Shown: positions 19,751 to 31,944 of the stretch, one piece after another
Layout of the letters: each line of letters opens with the position of its first letter
How positions within the stretch are numbered: position 1 is the first letter of the stretch
DNA from: Armatimonadota bacterium
GTDB taxonomy: Bacteria > Armatimonadota > UBA5829 > DTLH01
DNA: 64,000 bases
Direction of reading: 5' to 3'
Assembly: GCA_039680575.1 (NCBI GenBank)
Contig: JBDKSP010000020.1
Location: 9,238 to 73,237 of the forward strand
Position numbers and translations under genes: made by a program
The notes under the pieces: generated by a model
What the model saw: only the letters and a program-made list of their open reading frames with translations
The model's database searches: none
What the model was told of the DNA's origin: nothing

Positions 19751-22075
19751 TTACTCTCGAGCGAGCATTACCTTGGCTTCTGCATCCACATCCACGTAAT
19801 GTTCACCTGTCAGGTTGACGGTTACACGTTTGATGGTGCCTCCCTTGAACTCAAAGGGAGAATCATATTCAGGACTCACGGGGTCCGGTCCGCTGCGGCC
19901 GACAGTAAGCCCTCCCGCTAAACCGAATGCTCCCGGCTGGGTCCTCATCTGTCCTTCGGCAGCGACATCATCGTTAATATAGAGCTTACCGATACCGTTC
20001 GCTACGCCTTTCGGGTCCTCATTTTCTTTGGAGAACTCTATCCCCAGGAAAACTTTCCCGGTCGGAATTTGCCTGTCAGATACAAGTTTGTATGACTCTA
20101 TACCGAGGAAGTTGTATATGTAATAGAGTCTGCCGCCCTTCACAAAAAGTGAATGGCCGCCGAACCTGGAGCCCATAGAGAAGATGACTCCTTCGGCTTC
20201 GGAAGTGTCTATATCGACGTTAGCAAGAATGGAGAAAGATCGGTTGCGTGTGTCCGGCCCCACTCTCTCCGCAATTGCGCTGGTGTTCGGATAGTAGATA
20301 TAGCTGTTCCGGGGCTTGGCTATCTCCGGGCGTGTATCGTTAAGCAGCTCTATAGGTGCTCTATCGTCAAGAGGGAAGCCGTTATTTCTGCCAGCGTAGG
20401 CGAACCATGCCGCGACCAGTCCCTTCAACCTGTCCGGATACTCTTCGGCCAGGTTGTGGGTTTCGGAACGGTCCTTCTCGTAGTGATACAGTTCCCACTT
20501 GTCGTCCATGAAGTGGCTGGTACTTGCAAGCGCTCCGTGCCGCGCCACTGCTTTCCATCCGTCCTGATAGATAGCACGTGTTCCAAGCATCGAGTAGTAC
20601 TGGGTGTGCCTCGTAGTCGGAGCATTAGGGTTATCGAAGGTATAACGCATACTTGTCCCCTGGATCGGAGACTGCTCATACCCTTTGATGAACATCGGCG
20701 GGTCTATTCCCAGGCAATCGAGAATTGTCGGCATTATATCTATCGCGTGGTGATACTGGTCTCGAACCTGTCCGGCGACTCGCTTCATTTCCTTCGGCCA
20801 GGCAATAATACATGGGTCTGCGATACCACCTTCCAAAACGTAGCGTTTGAACATCTTGTAGGGAGCATTGAACGCCCATGCCCAACCTGTGGGGTAGTGA
20901 TTATATGTGTTCGGACTACCAAGTTTGTCCAACATTTTCAGGTTTTCCTGAAGATCGTCCGGCCAGCCATTGAAGAAATTATTCTCATTGACCGAACCAT
21001 TGGGAGTCCCCTCACCGCTTGCGCCATTGTCCGACACCGCTACGATGATAGTGTTTTCCAACTGCCCGGAGTCTTCCAGGTAGTCGAGCAGCCGTCCGAG
21101 TTCATGGTCGGTGTAGCTGGAATACCCGGCATAGACCTCCGCCATCCGGGAGAATAGCTTTTTCTGGTCATCCGACAGCGAGTCCCACGGCAGTACCATA
21201 TCGGCTTCCGAGATGACATCCGGCGCAGGCCATGGGTTGATGGAAGATAACTCCGTATCCTGCGGGATTGTCCCCATTTTCTTCATGTTTTCGAATGTGA
21301 TCTCACGGTATTTCTCGTAGCCCATGTCGAATTTGCCTTTGTAATTGTCCGCCCACTCCTTTGGAGCATGATGCGGCGCATGGTTTGCTCCAAAAGCGAG
21401 ATACATCATCCATGGCTTGTCGGGAGCCACCTGTTTTTGGTCCTGGATGAACTCCAGAGCTTTGTCTATCAGGTCTTTAGACAGGTGATAACCCTCTTCG
21501 GGCTTATATGGTTGATCTATAAAGTGATCGTCATATGTCAGATCAGGATACCACTGGTTGGTTTCACCGCCCAGGAACCCGTAATAGCGCTCAAAACCCC
21601 TGCCGCTAGGCCATGTCCTCTTTGGACCGGCCATATTGGACTCCGTGTCCGGGGTAAGGTGCCACTTACCCAGGCTGAATGTGCTGTAGCCGTTTTCTAC
21701 CAGAATCTCAGAAATCATGCCGTTTTCAGGCGGAATGACGGCACAAGATCCGGGGAACCCGGTTGCACCCTCCACTATACACGCCATGCCGTTCATCTGA
21801 GCGTTTCGTCCGGTCAAAAGACATGAGCGGGTAGGGGAGCAGAGGGCTGTGGTATGCCAGTTAGTGTAGCGGAGCCCCTTATCAGAGATGCGCTTCATGT
21901 TGGGCATCTCTATCAAACCGCCAAAGATGTCCCACGCGGCAATTCCTGTGTCATCCCAAACGATATACAGTACATTTGGAGCCCCATCCTTGGATTTCGG
22001 GGGCTCAAAAGGTGACCAGTCAGGTTTCGAGTCTCTTATGTCAAGATTGATGATCCCATTGAACTGTTTTGCCAT
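19751..22075 (-). CDS. Arylsulfatase (long AtsA-like type)
   Basis: CSPTRSCLLTG formylglycine motif, GKWH, SDNG. Confidence 0.93.
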   Translation of the reverse strand: MAKQFNGIINLDIRDSKPDWSPFEPPKSKDGAPNVLYIVWDDTGIAAWDIFGGLIEMPNMKRISDKGLRYTNWHTTALCSPTRSCLLTGRNAQMNGMACIVEGATGFPGSCAVIPPENGMISEILVENGYSTFSLGKWHLTPDTESNMAGPKRTWPSGRGFERYYGFLGGETNQWYPDLTYDDHFIDQPYKPEEGYHLSKDLIDKALEFIQDQKQVAPDKPWMMYLAFGANHAPHHAPKEWADNYKGKFDMGYEKYREITFENMKKMGTIPQDTELSSINPWPAPDVISEADMVLPWDSLSDDQKKLFSRMAEVYAGYSSYTDHELGRLLDYLEDSGQLENTIIVAVSDNGASGEGTPNGSVNENNFFNGWPDDLQENLKMLDKLGSPNTYNHYPTGWAWAFNAPYKMFKRYVLEGGIADPCIIAWPKEMKRVAGQVRDQYHHAIDIMPTILDCLGIDPPMFIKGYEQSPIQGTSMRYTFDNPNAPTTRHTQYYSMLGTRAIYQDGWKAVARHGALASTSHFMDDKWELYHYEKDRSETHNLAEEYPDRLKGLVAAWFAYAGRNNGFPLDDRAPIELLNDTRPEIAKPRNSYIYYPNTSAIAERVGPDTRNRSFSILANVDIDTSEAEGVIFSMGSRFGGHSLFVKGGRLYYIYNFLGIESYKLVSDRQIPTGKVFLGIEFSKENEDPKGVANGIGKLYINDDVAAEGQMRTQPGAFGLAGGLTVGRSGPDPVSPEYDSPFEFKGGTIKRVTVNLTGEHYVDVDAEAKVMLARE

Positions 22076-22115
22076 TTCATTGCCTCCAGTTGAATCCGGA
22101 TTTACTCATCCGTGA

Positions 22116-22589
22116 CTATTGTGCCAGCGGTACAGCTCCGGCAAGGTCGTAGTTTACCACCGCGTCCATCTTGTTCTCCAGCTGATAGAACCGCAGGGTT
22201 TTTTTGGCTCCTATTGCGCTTTCAAACTTGGGCGCGTACTTGGTTTGCAGTTTGATCCGCCGAGCTTGAATGTCTTGGAACTCACTGAGCAGTGTTCGCG
22301 CCTGATCGTCCGTCATATTGTCGTAGCTCTTCGCAAAGCTCTGTCCGGCCTTTAGCAGCCTGTCGTTCAGTTTGGACATGTCACTGCGGTAGCTATTATA
22401 TACAGGCCAGAATTTGTTTGCTTCCTGGTCATCCAGATTCATGTAATCGGAGACAATCTGCTGTCTCTCGGCCTGTATGTTTGTTTTGGTAAGCTCGATC
22501 TCATTTGCAGTCTGCGCCCAGGCCAGGACAATGGCCAGTGCCACCAAAATGGATGCTCCGATGATTGTTAATACTGTTTTTCTATACAT
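22116..22589 (-). CDS. Exported helical hypothetical protein
   Basis: Signal peptide, KFWPVYNSY motif; inside the sulfatase cluster. Confidence 0.7.
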   Translation of the reverse strand: MYRKTVLTIIGASILVALAIVLAWAQTANEIELTKTNIQAERQQIVSDYMNLDDQEANKFWPVYNSYRSDMSKLNDRLLKAGQSFAKSYDNMTDDQARTLLSEFQDIQARRIKLQTKYAPKFESAIGAKKTLRFYQLENKMDAVVNYDLAGAVPLAQ

Positions 22590-22646
22590 CGTTTGATTCC
22601 TTTCCGGTTTTATCGATCGCTGATGACGTTATTTTTTTTCTATTCT

Positions 22647-24161
22647 CTATGCGGAAGCTCCCACCATAGCAGCTTCCATAGACTTCGAATGGCTCTCGAG
22701 GTTTTCCAGAACATCGCCTACAGTAAAGCTGGCAGGCCTTTGCCTCGGTGGGAAGTCCTTGAGAGTCTCCATGAACTGCTGCACTAATGTCTGCGCCGGG
22801 ACTATAACAAACATGCGGTCCGCCATCCATTTGCCATAGAACAGAGACCCGTTTTCTTGTCCTCTTTCAAAAGGATCGCTTCGCAGGTTGAATAGATACG
22901 GAGCCCTGAGCTTCACCATCGGTTCAGACCAGACACCCATTCCTTTAACCCGCTGCTCAAGGAAAGTAATCTTCCAGTTTTCTGCCCGTACTGCCATCAG
23001 ATCGCCGTCATCGCTCCAGTACAAAAAGCCCTTGCGCGGGTTTTCCTTTTCCTGCCCGGATAAATGCGGAAGAAGGTTGTAACCGTCTATATGCACCTTA
23101 AATGTCTTGTCATGAGCTCGATACCCATTCTTGAGGTCCTTCACGATATTCGGTTCCCCAGCGGCTGCGAGGAGTGTCGGCAGCATATCGGTGTGGGAGA
23201 AGATCTCATTCGATACTGTTCCGGGCTCGATCACTCCAGGCCAGCGGATAGCGCAGGGGACTCTCCAGCCGCCCTCGTAGTTGGTGTCCTTTTCGCCTTT
23301 GAACGGGGTACTTCCCCCGTCAGGCCAGCTCATTACCTCGGCGCCGTTATCGGTCGAATACATTACGATCGTGTTATCTGCGATACCGAGTTCATCGAGC
23401 TTATCCAGCAGTTGTCCAACATGGCCGTCATGCTCCACCATTCCGTCAGGATATACTCCCAGGCCGGTCTTTCCTTCAGCTTCCGGCCGGAGGTGCGTCC
23501 AGACATGCATCCTGGTCGAGTTCCACCACAGGAAGAACGGCTTCTCTTCCTGAGTTGCCCTGTCCATGAAAGATAGAGCCGCATCCGTGATCTCGTAATC
23601 GATGGTCTCCATGCGCTTTTTTGTGAGCGGGCCGGTGTCTTCAATCCTCTGCGTCCCGTCCGGCATCGCCCAACTGTGCAAAACGCCCCTCGGCCCGAAT
23701 TTCTCCTTGAACTTGGGGTCCTTCGGATAGTCCGGGTTCTCCGGTTCTTCTTCGGCGTTCATGTGATACAGGTTCCCGAAGAACTCATCGAAGCCATGAA
23801 CAGTGGGCAGGAAATTGTCGCTGTCACCAAGGTGGTTCTTGCCGAACTGCCCGCAAACGTATCCAAGCGGAGTGAGGAGATCGGCGATTGTCGGGTCTTC
23901 CGGCTGCAGGCCGATGGGCGAACCGGGCAATCCGACTTTAGTGAGCCCGGTCCTAATCGGTGATTGGCCAGTGATGAATGCGGCGCGTCCGGCGGTGCAG
24001 CTCTGCTGTCCGTACCAGTCGGTAAATATCGCACCTTCTTTGCAGATGCGGTCGATGTTGGGCGTTTTGTAGCCCATAATGCCCATGTTGTAGGCGCTGA
24101 CATTGAACCAGCCGATGTCATCGCCCCAGATGATGAGAATGTTAGGTTGTTTATCTGCCAC
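22647..24161 (-). CDS. Arylsulfatase
   Basis: CTAGRAAFITG motif, GKNHLG, TDNG. Confidence 0.93.
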   Translation of the reverse strand: MADKQPNILIIWGDDIGWFNVSAYNMGIMGYKTPNIDRICKEGAIFTDWYGQQSCTAGRAAFITGQSPIRTGLTKVGLPGSPIGLQPEDPTIADLLTPLGYVCGQFGKNHLGDSDNFLPTVHGFDEFFGNLYHMNAEEEPENPDYPKDPKFKEKFGPRGVLHSWAMPDGTQRIEDTGPLTKKRMETIDYEITDAALSFMDRATQEEKPFFLWWNSTRMHVWTHLRPEAEGKTGLGVYPDGMVEHDGHVGQLLDKLDELGIADNTIVMYSTDNGAEVMSWPDGGSTPFKGEKDTNYEGGWRVPCAIRWPGVIEPGTVSNEIFSHTDMLPTLLAAAGEPNIVKDLKNGYRAHDKTFKVHIDGYNLLPHLSGQEKENPRKGFLYWSDDGDLMAVRAENWKITFLEQRVKGMGVWSEPMVKLRAPYLFNLRSDPFERGQENGSLFYGKWMADRMFVIVPAQTLVQQFMETLKDFPPRQRPASFTVGDVLENLESHSKSMEAAMVGASA

Positions 24162-24162
24162 T

Positions 24163-25176
24163 TTATTTGCCCCTTTCTTTTTTTATTTCGAATGGATAGA
24201 TCACTTTCCAGTCCCTTTGCATGTCGATAACTGTCCAGCCGTTTTCTCTTGCGGCTTTAAGTGCTTCCTCCGTACCCTTGTCGTAGGCATATTCACGATT
24301 AGCGTCAGTGTGATGGATGAGAAGCATCTCTCTGATACCGCTGCCGCCAGCGGTATACTGGAGCATCTGCAGGTCTCCGTCAGAGTTACCGACTGCCATT
24401 ACCGGGCGGCGTCCGATAAACTTGTGTATTCCGACAGGTTTCCCTGCTTTGTCGTCTATAAAGTCTACCTTTGGTAATATCTTCAAAAAGGGTTTTCTGT
24501 TCTGCATCTCGTACTCGGTTACAAGGCTTGAGCCCACTACCTGTTCAGGAGGGATACTGTAAACATTTTCGACCCAGGGACGCATAAAGTCGGATGTCCC
24601 GCCCGAAACGATGAATGTCTTGAAGCCATTAGTCCGAAGATAAATCAAAAGCTCAAGCATAGGCTGGTAGACGAGATCAGTGTATGGCCGCTGGAACCGT
24701 GGGTGCCTTGCAGTTGCGATCCAGTTGGAAACCGTGTTCTGGAACTCATCAGTAGTCATGCCCGCGTGCGTGGCCATAATGATCTTGCCGACATCCTGTA
24801 GTGTGGCTTTGGCACGATACGTCCTGTCGTTTTCCAGAATTGCTTTGAAGGGCTGCTCGTTTTTCCACTCAGGGTGCTGAGGCGCAAGCTCTTTTACCCG
24901 GTCAATAGCAAATGCAAATTGGAATGGTATTGGCTGTTCGGTCCACAGAGTACCGTCATTGTCGAATACTGCAATCCGGTCTTCGGGTGGTACGTAATTC
25001 GGGCTGCTCTTGTCCGTTACGGTTTTTACGAACTGTATAATGCTCTCTTTTGCTGGATTATCAGTCCAGGATGGCAAAGGACCCGCGGCATGGCTCACCG
25101 CCATGAGTTGTACAATTATGAGAGTCGCTAGAAGGCTGATTAATGCACGGCTTCTATAGCTCTGTAAATTCCGCAT
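24163..25176 (-). CDS. Exported HAD-family hydrolase (nonspecific acid phosphatase-like)
   Basis: FDNDGTLW, VSGG, GNSDGD; signal peptide. Confidence 0.88.
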   Translation of the reverse strand: MRNLQSYRSRALISLLATLIIVQLMAVSHAAGPLPSWTDNPAKESIIQFVKTVTDKSSPNYVPPEDRIAVFDNDGTLWTEQPIPFQFAFAIDRVKELAPQHPEWKNEQPFKAILENDRTYRAKATLQDVGKIIMATHAGMTTDEFQNTVSNWIATARHPRFQRPYTDLVYQPMLELLIYLRTNGFKTFIVSGGTSDFMRPWVENVYSIPPEQVVGSSLVTEYEMQNRKPFLKILPKVDFIDDKAGKPVGIHKFIGRRPVMAVGNSDGDLQMLQYTAGGSGIREMLLIHHTDANREYAYDKGTEEALKAARENGWTVIDMQRDWKVIYPFEIKKERGK

Positions 25177-25182
25177 TACCCT

Positions 25183-26493
25183 CTACTCCTTCGCTCCAGA
25201 ACCGTGACACTTCTTGTACTTAACCCCGCTTCCGCATGGGCAGGGGTCGTTTCTTCCTGCTTTTGCGAACGCTGCTTTCTGTTTTGCGTCTTCTGCAGCC
25301 ATTATTTGCATAACACCATCCGCGTAATGGTCTCTCCGCAGGAGTTCCGCCATTATACGCATAGGCTTTTCCGTGTGCTCGAAGAAAGCTTTTAGCCCCT
25401 TACACAAATAGTTGAGGCCGGGTTCCCCATCCGGAGTCTCTAGTATGCGGTTTTTAGGACACTCACCGTTGCAGGTGAAGAGATACCGGCACTCACGGCA
25501 GTATTTGGGCAGTAAGTCCTGCTTTGCCTTGCCGAAATCCCTCTGTTTCTGCGAGCTTACGAGCTCAGCAAGTGGAGTTTCCATCATATTCCCGAGTAAA
25601 CCGCGAGGTTCCACGAAGTGGTCACAGGAGTAGAGATCACCGTTATGCTCCAGCGCGACCCCTTCTCCGCAGGTCGGGCGAAGGACGCAAAGGGTGGAAT
25701 AACCGCGAAGCCATGAGGCCAGAACACCATCAAAAAACTGGACAAAAGTGCTCCCAACATCCTTCCTGACCCACTCATCGAAGATTTCGATCAGAAAACG
25801 CCCGTATTGTTCCGGTTTAACTGACCTTTCGGTGATTTTTTCGCCTTCCTGATAGCCCGTATCATTGTCCCGCTCCACGATAGGGATAAACTGGATGTAG
25901 TGGGCGTCCAGTTCGTCGCGGAAGAACCTGTAGACCTCGAGCGGATGCGGGCTGTTGGCTGTGTTCACCGTGCAAAGGATGTTGAACTCGACCTTGCGCT
26001 CCTGCATGAGCCTTACAGCCTCGATCACATTCTCGAAGACGGACTTTCCGGTTTTATCTTTGCGGTATGTGTCATGAAGTGCTTTCGGACCATCCAGGCT
26101 GAGCCCCACGAGGAAGTTGTTATCGCTAAGAAACCTGCACCAGTCATCATCGAGAAGCACGCCGTTTGTCTGGAGGGTATTTTCTACCTGCATTCCCGGC
26201 TTCAGATATTTCTTCTCGGCTTCGACGGACCTTCTGAAGAAATCGAGACCCATAAGAGTCGGTTCTCCGCCCTGCCATGCGATTGTGACCTGTGGGGTCT
26301 GGTGAGCCTTGATTGTCTGGCGGATGTAGCTTTCCATCACCTCATCCGTCATACAGAATCGGCTTCCGGGATACAGACTCATCTTTTTGAGGAAAAAACA
26401 GTAGTCGCAGTGCAGGTTGCAGATTGCGCCGGTCGGTTTCGCCATTACATGGAAGGCTGCCAGTTTGCGATTTGCCTCCATAACGTACTCCAT
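25183..26493 (-). CDS. Anaerobic sulfatase maturase (radical SAM/SPASM) with C-terminal SEC-C motif
   Basis: CNLHCDYC, WQGGEP, YSCDHFV, CNGECPKNR, GRNDPCPCGSGVKYKKCHG. Confidence 0.93.
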   Translation of the reverse strand: MEYVMEANRKLAAFHVMAKPTGAICNLHCDYCFFLKKMSLYPGSRFCMTDEVMESYIRQTIKAHQTPQVTIAWQGGEPTLMGLDFFRRSVEAEKKYLKPGMQVENTLQTNGVLLDDDWCRFLSDNNFLVGLSLDGPKALHDTYRKDKTGKSVFENVIEAVRLMQERKVEFNILCTVNTANSPHPLEVYRFFRDELDAHYIQFIPIVERDNDTGYQEGEKITERSVKPEQYGRFLIEIFDEWVRKDVGSTFVQFFDGVLASWLRGYSTLCVLRPTCGEGVALEHNGDLYSCDHFVEPRGLLGNMMETPLAELVSSQKQRDFGKAKQDLLPKYCRECRYLFTCNGECPKNRILETPDGEPGLNYLCKGLKAFFEHTEKPMRIMAELLRRDHYADGVMQIMAAEDAKQKAAFAKAGRNDPCPCGSGVKYKKCHGSGAKE

Positions 26494-26643
26494 TTCTTAT
26501 GATGACCAAGATATTGGAGAGCCTGCATATACCGGTATACTATGCATAATGAGACCCTGGTAAAAAGAGCATGACCCAGGGTGTCGTATTCCCGTATCCT
26601 TATTAGTTGAAACTCGGACGCCTGCGGATGACTGATATACCAA

Positions 26644-26678
26644 AAAGAGCCCTGCCAGGAATACCGGCAGGGCTCTTT
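26644..26678. terminator. Intrinsic terminator downstream of the cupin gene
   Basis: aaagagccctgcc-loop-ggcagggctcttt. Confidence 0.8.
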
Positions 26679-26697
26679 AATACTGATTCCAGACACT

Positions 26698-27090
26698 TTA
26701 CGAGTGTTCTTCCGCCTCTGCAGCCTCCGCTTCGGCTTTTGTCTTGTGTACAGTCCCATCCGGGTGGTTCGGCGGGGAATAGACAGTATAGAGCTTCAAA
26801 TCCTCCGTCTTCGATGTGTTGATTACATTGTGGTATGTTCCCGCAGGGACCACGACTGCGTCGCCATCGTGCGCGATGTGCTCCTCACTGCCATTGTTCA
26901 GAACGAACCTGGCTTCTCCCTTCTCCAGCCGGAAGAACTGGTCGACATTCGGGTGGATTTCGTTTCCGATCTCTTCGCCTCCCCGCAGGCTCATCACCAC
27001 GAGCTGAGAATGCTTGCCGGTGAAGAGTACTTTTCGGAAGTAATTATTCTCCAGAGTTTGCTTCTCAATTGATCCAACAAAACCGGTCAT
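26698..27090 (-). CDS. Cupin domain protein
   Basis: EIGNEIHPNVDQFF...VPAGTYHNV, YSPPNH; RBS aggagg. Confidence 0.88.
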   Translation of the reverse strand: MTGFVGSIEKQTLENNYFRKVLFTGKHSQLVVMSLRGGEEIGNEIHPNVDQFFRLEKGEARFVLNNGSEEHIAHDGDAVVVPAGTYHNVINTSKTEDLKLYTVYSPPNHPDGTVHKTKAEAEAAEAEEHS

Positions 27091-27215
27091 CGTATAGTCC
27101 CCTCCTGTTTTTATCGTTTGCATCCGTTACATGCGTTTCGGCGCGTGCTCCTGCAGCTATATTTCCCGCAATTTAGCAAGAAGACACTCTATATAATAGA
27201 TTTTCTTAAATTTAC

Positions 27216-27245
27216 TTGCAATTGATGTATAAGATTTCGTATACT
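27216..27245 (+). promoter_or_regulatory. Putative sigma70 promoter of groESL
   Basis: TTGCAA-18 bp-TATACT immediately upstream of CIRCE. Confidence 0.55.
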
Positions 27246-27254
27246 TTTACGGGA

Positions 27255-27281
27255 TTAGCACTCGTTGCTATCGAGTGCCAA
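27255..27281. promoter_or_regulatory. CIRCE element (HrcA operator)
   Basis: TTAGCACTC-N9-GAGTGCCAA, one mismatch to consensus, upstream of groES. Confidence 0.93.
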
Positions 27282-27318
27282 AGAATTACAATCACAACTA
27301 CGCAGGAGGTGCTTAATT

Positions 27319-29279
<1,961 letters not shown>

Positions 29280-29319
29280 TAAGCAAACGGCTGTTAAGCT
29301 AATTGCATAAAAAATAACG

Positions 29320-29351
29320 AAGGAGCGGGAAAACATCCCCGCTCCTTTGTT
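29320..29351. terminator. Terminator between convergent groEL and mgtA
   Basis: aaggagcggg-aaaacatc-cccgctccttt. Confidence 0.8.
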
Positions 29352-29370
29352 GTCTACGGGACCGAGTAGC

Positions 29371-31893
29371 CTAAAACTTGACCCTTTTATAGAAAGCTCT
29401 TTTGGTCAATTCACCACCCGCAACATAGATTATCACGATCAGAACCACAGTCAAAAGGAACGATGCCGGCATTACGGTGAATTGGAACAGCCTCCCAAGG
29501 GGAGTGAGGGGTAAAACCAGAGTCACGATGACAACAAGCACGGTAGCCATAATAAGGTATCTGCCTGGCCTGCTCGTATAGAATGTCTTGCGTGTGCGAA
29601 TGACCAATACTATAACCGAAGCGGAAATAACCGATTCAATAAACCACCCGGTTCTGAATTGATTGACCCCGGCATGTAAAACCAGCAGCAGAACACCGAA
29701 TGTGAAATAGTCGAATACGGAACTCAATGTGCCGAAAACCATCATGAAACTGCGGATGAAATTTATATCCCAGCGGTGAGGCTCACGGACTATTTCCGGG
29801 TCCACACTGTCACTGGCAATCGCCATCTCAGGAAAATCGGTAAGTAAATTGGTCAGTAATATTTGCGTCGGGAGCAGAGGAAGGAACGGCAGGAACAAAG
29901 ACGCGCCGGCCATGCTGAACATGTTGCCGAAATTGGCGCTTGTAGCCATAAATACGTATTTAAGAGTATTGGCGAACGTTACTCGTCCTTCTCGAACTCC
30001 ATTAGCAAGGACACTGAGGTCCTTCTTTAGCAGGACAATATCAGCCGCGTCTTTGGCGACATCCACAGCGCTGTCAACCGAGATGCCGACATCCGCTGCG
30101 TGCAGAGCAGAGGCATCGTTTATGCCGTCTCCAAGGTATCCGACCACATACCCCGACCGTTTGAGCGCCAGGATGATCCGCTCTTTCTGGTTGGGTTCAA
30201 TCTCAGCAAATATCTGCGTATACTTCACCCGGTTGTGCAGGGCTTCGTCGCTGATATGGTGAAGGTCCGGTCCGGTTATAATGCTGGTACTGGTTAGTCC
30301 AATCTGGGAACCGACGGTGGACGCGACCAAACGGTTATCTCCTGTGATGACTTTAAGTGAGACTCCAAACCGTTCGAGTTCGCCGATAGTTTCAACTATC
30401 CGCGGCTTTATCGGATCAGACAACACGATAAACCCGATGAAGACCATATCGTGCTCATCGTCTTTGTCGATCACTGTGGTATCGCTGATGCTGCGGTAAG
30501 CGAGTCCCAGGACACGAAAACCCTTTGTGCTTAACTCTCGAAAACGAGCATCGATGCGGTTAAGTGATGACGAAAGATCAGAAGCTGTACCGTCAGGTAG
30601 TTCTACGGATGAGCAGACATTGAGGACATTGGAGAAAGCGCCCTTTGTCAGCATAATACGCAGACCATCTCGTTCGGCAAGGACACTCAGTCGTTTGCGT
30701 ATGAAGTCATAGGGTACCTCATCGAGCTTGTGGTATGCGTCGATATCCAGTTGTTTGCTCCGGCGGATCGCTTCATCTATGGGGTTGACAAAACCGCTTT
30801 CGTAAGATGAGTTGATATACGCATATAGCAGCGCTTTCTCGCTGTCTTTGCCATCGATATCTATCACTGAATGAAGCTGGACAACGCCTTCCGTAATGGT
30901 GCCTGTCTTGTCTGAGCACAGAACGTTCATGCTGCCGAAATTCTCAATGGAGGCCAGCCGTTTCACTATTACCTGCTGCTGCGCCATCTGCCGGGCTCCA
31001 TGGGCAAGGTTGACGCTGATTATCGCAGGCAGCAACTGAGGCGTCAGCCCCACAGCAAGCGCAAGGGAGAAGAGGAACGAGTCGAGCACTGGTCTTGCCA
31101 GGTAGATATTGATGGCAAATATGGCTATGACCAGCATGAGCGTGACTTCCAGCAGGAAAAATCCGAAGCCTCTTACTCCGCGCTCGAATTCAGTCTCCGG
31201 CTGCCTCAACCTCAGCTGTTCGGATATGCCCCCGAACTCCGTCTTTTTGCCGGTGCGAACAACAAGGGCGGTTGCGCTGCCGCTTACCACATGTGTTCCC
31301 ATAAAGAGGCTGTTGGTTCGCGTCCCAAGTGGTGTTTCGACCGGCAGGACTCCCGGTGATTTTTCTACAGGATAAGTTTCTCCCGTCAGTGTTGCTTCGT
31401 TAACGAACAGGTCTTTGGATTCTATGATTGCGCAGTCACCGGGAACAGCAGCTCCGGCAATCAGGATTACCACATCGCCGGGCACTATCTCGTCGATAGG
31501 TATTTCCAGTTGGTTGTTGTCTCGAAGCACGGTTGTTTTTATTCGCACCAGGGTCAGGAGTCTATCGACGGCGTTCATTGCTCCGCGTTCCTGCAGGAAC
31601 CCCAAGAGTCCGCTGAACAGGATGATTATCGATATTATAAGCGCGTCCGAAAGGTTGCGTAGAAACGCAGACAACCCTGCGGCAAAGAGAAGGATGATAA
31701 TGATCGGGCTCTTGAACTGGGCTAAAAAGAGAGGTATCGAGCTTGATCGCCGCCGGGGCTTAAGCAGATTGGAACCGTAAAGAGCAAGGCGGTCTTTAGC
31801 CTCATCGGATGATAATCCACTCGCACTGGAGTGAAGCCGGTCCATCAGACCGGAAGATGAGACACTCCAGAACTCGAATTTATGCTCATCCAA
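29371..31893 (-). CDS. mgtA: Magnesium-translocating P-type ATPase
   Basis: TGET, LTPQLLP, DKTGT, GDGIND, SANFGNMFS. Confidence 0.92.
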   Translation of the reverse strand: MDEHKFEFWSVSSSGLMDRLHSSASGLSSDEAKDRLALYGSNLLKPRRRSSSIPLFLAQFKSPIIIILLFAAGLSAFLRNLSDALIISIIILFSGLLGFLQERGAMNAVDRLLTLVRIKTTVLRDNNQLEIPIDEIVPGDVVILIAGAAVPGDCAIIESKDLFVNEATLTGETYPVEKSPGVLPVETPLGTRTNSLFMGTHVVSGSATALVVRTGKKTEFGGISEQLRLRQPETEFERGVRGFGFFLLEVTLMLVIAIFAINIYLARPVLDSFLFSLALAVGLTPQLLPAIISVNLAHGARQMAQQQVIVKRLASIENFGSMNVLCSDKTGTITEGVVQLHSVIDIDGKDSEKALLYAYINSSYESGFVNPIDEAIRRSKQLDIDAYHKLDEVPYDFIRKRLSVLAERDGLRIMLTKGAFSNVLNVCSSVELPDGTASDLSSSLNRIDARFRELSTKGFRVLGLAYRSISDTTVIDKDDEHDMVFIGFIVLSDPIKPRIVETIGELERFGVSLKVITGDNRLVASTVGSQIGLTSTSIITGPDLHHISDEALHNRVKYTQIFAEIEPNQKERIILALKRSGYVVGYLGDGINDASALHAADVGISVDSAVDVAKDAADIVLLKKDLSVLANGVREGRVTFANTLKYVFMATSANFGNMFSMAGASLFLPFLPLLPTQILLTNLLTDFPEMAIASDSVDPEIVREPHRWDINFIRSFMMVFGTLSSVFDYFTFGVLLLVLHAGVNQFRTGWFIESVISASVIVLVIRTRKTFYTSRPGRYLIMATVLVVIVTLVLPLTPLGRLFQFTVMPASFLLTVVLIVIIYVAGGELTKRAFYKRVKF

Positions 31894-31944
31894 TCGCTAT
31901 TACCTTCTTTCCTGATAGCAGCGAGGACACTTACCTGTGGAATG

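Noticed and set aside
20153..21157. Long antisense ORFs (334 aa here; also 48829-49950 and 42156-42986)
   Set aside because: Shadows of well-supported genes on the opposite strand with no recognisable motifs
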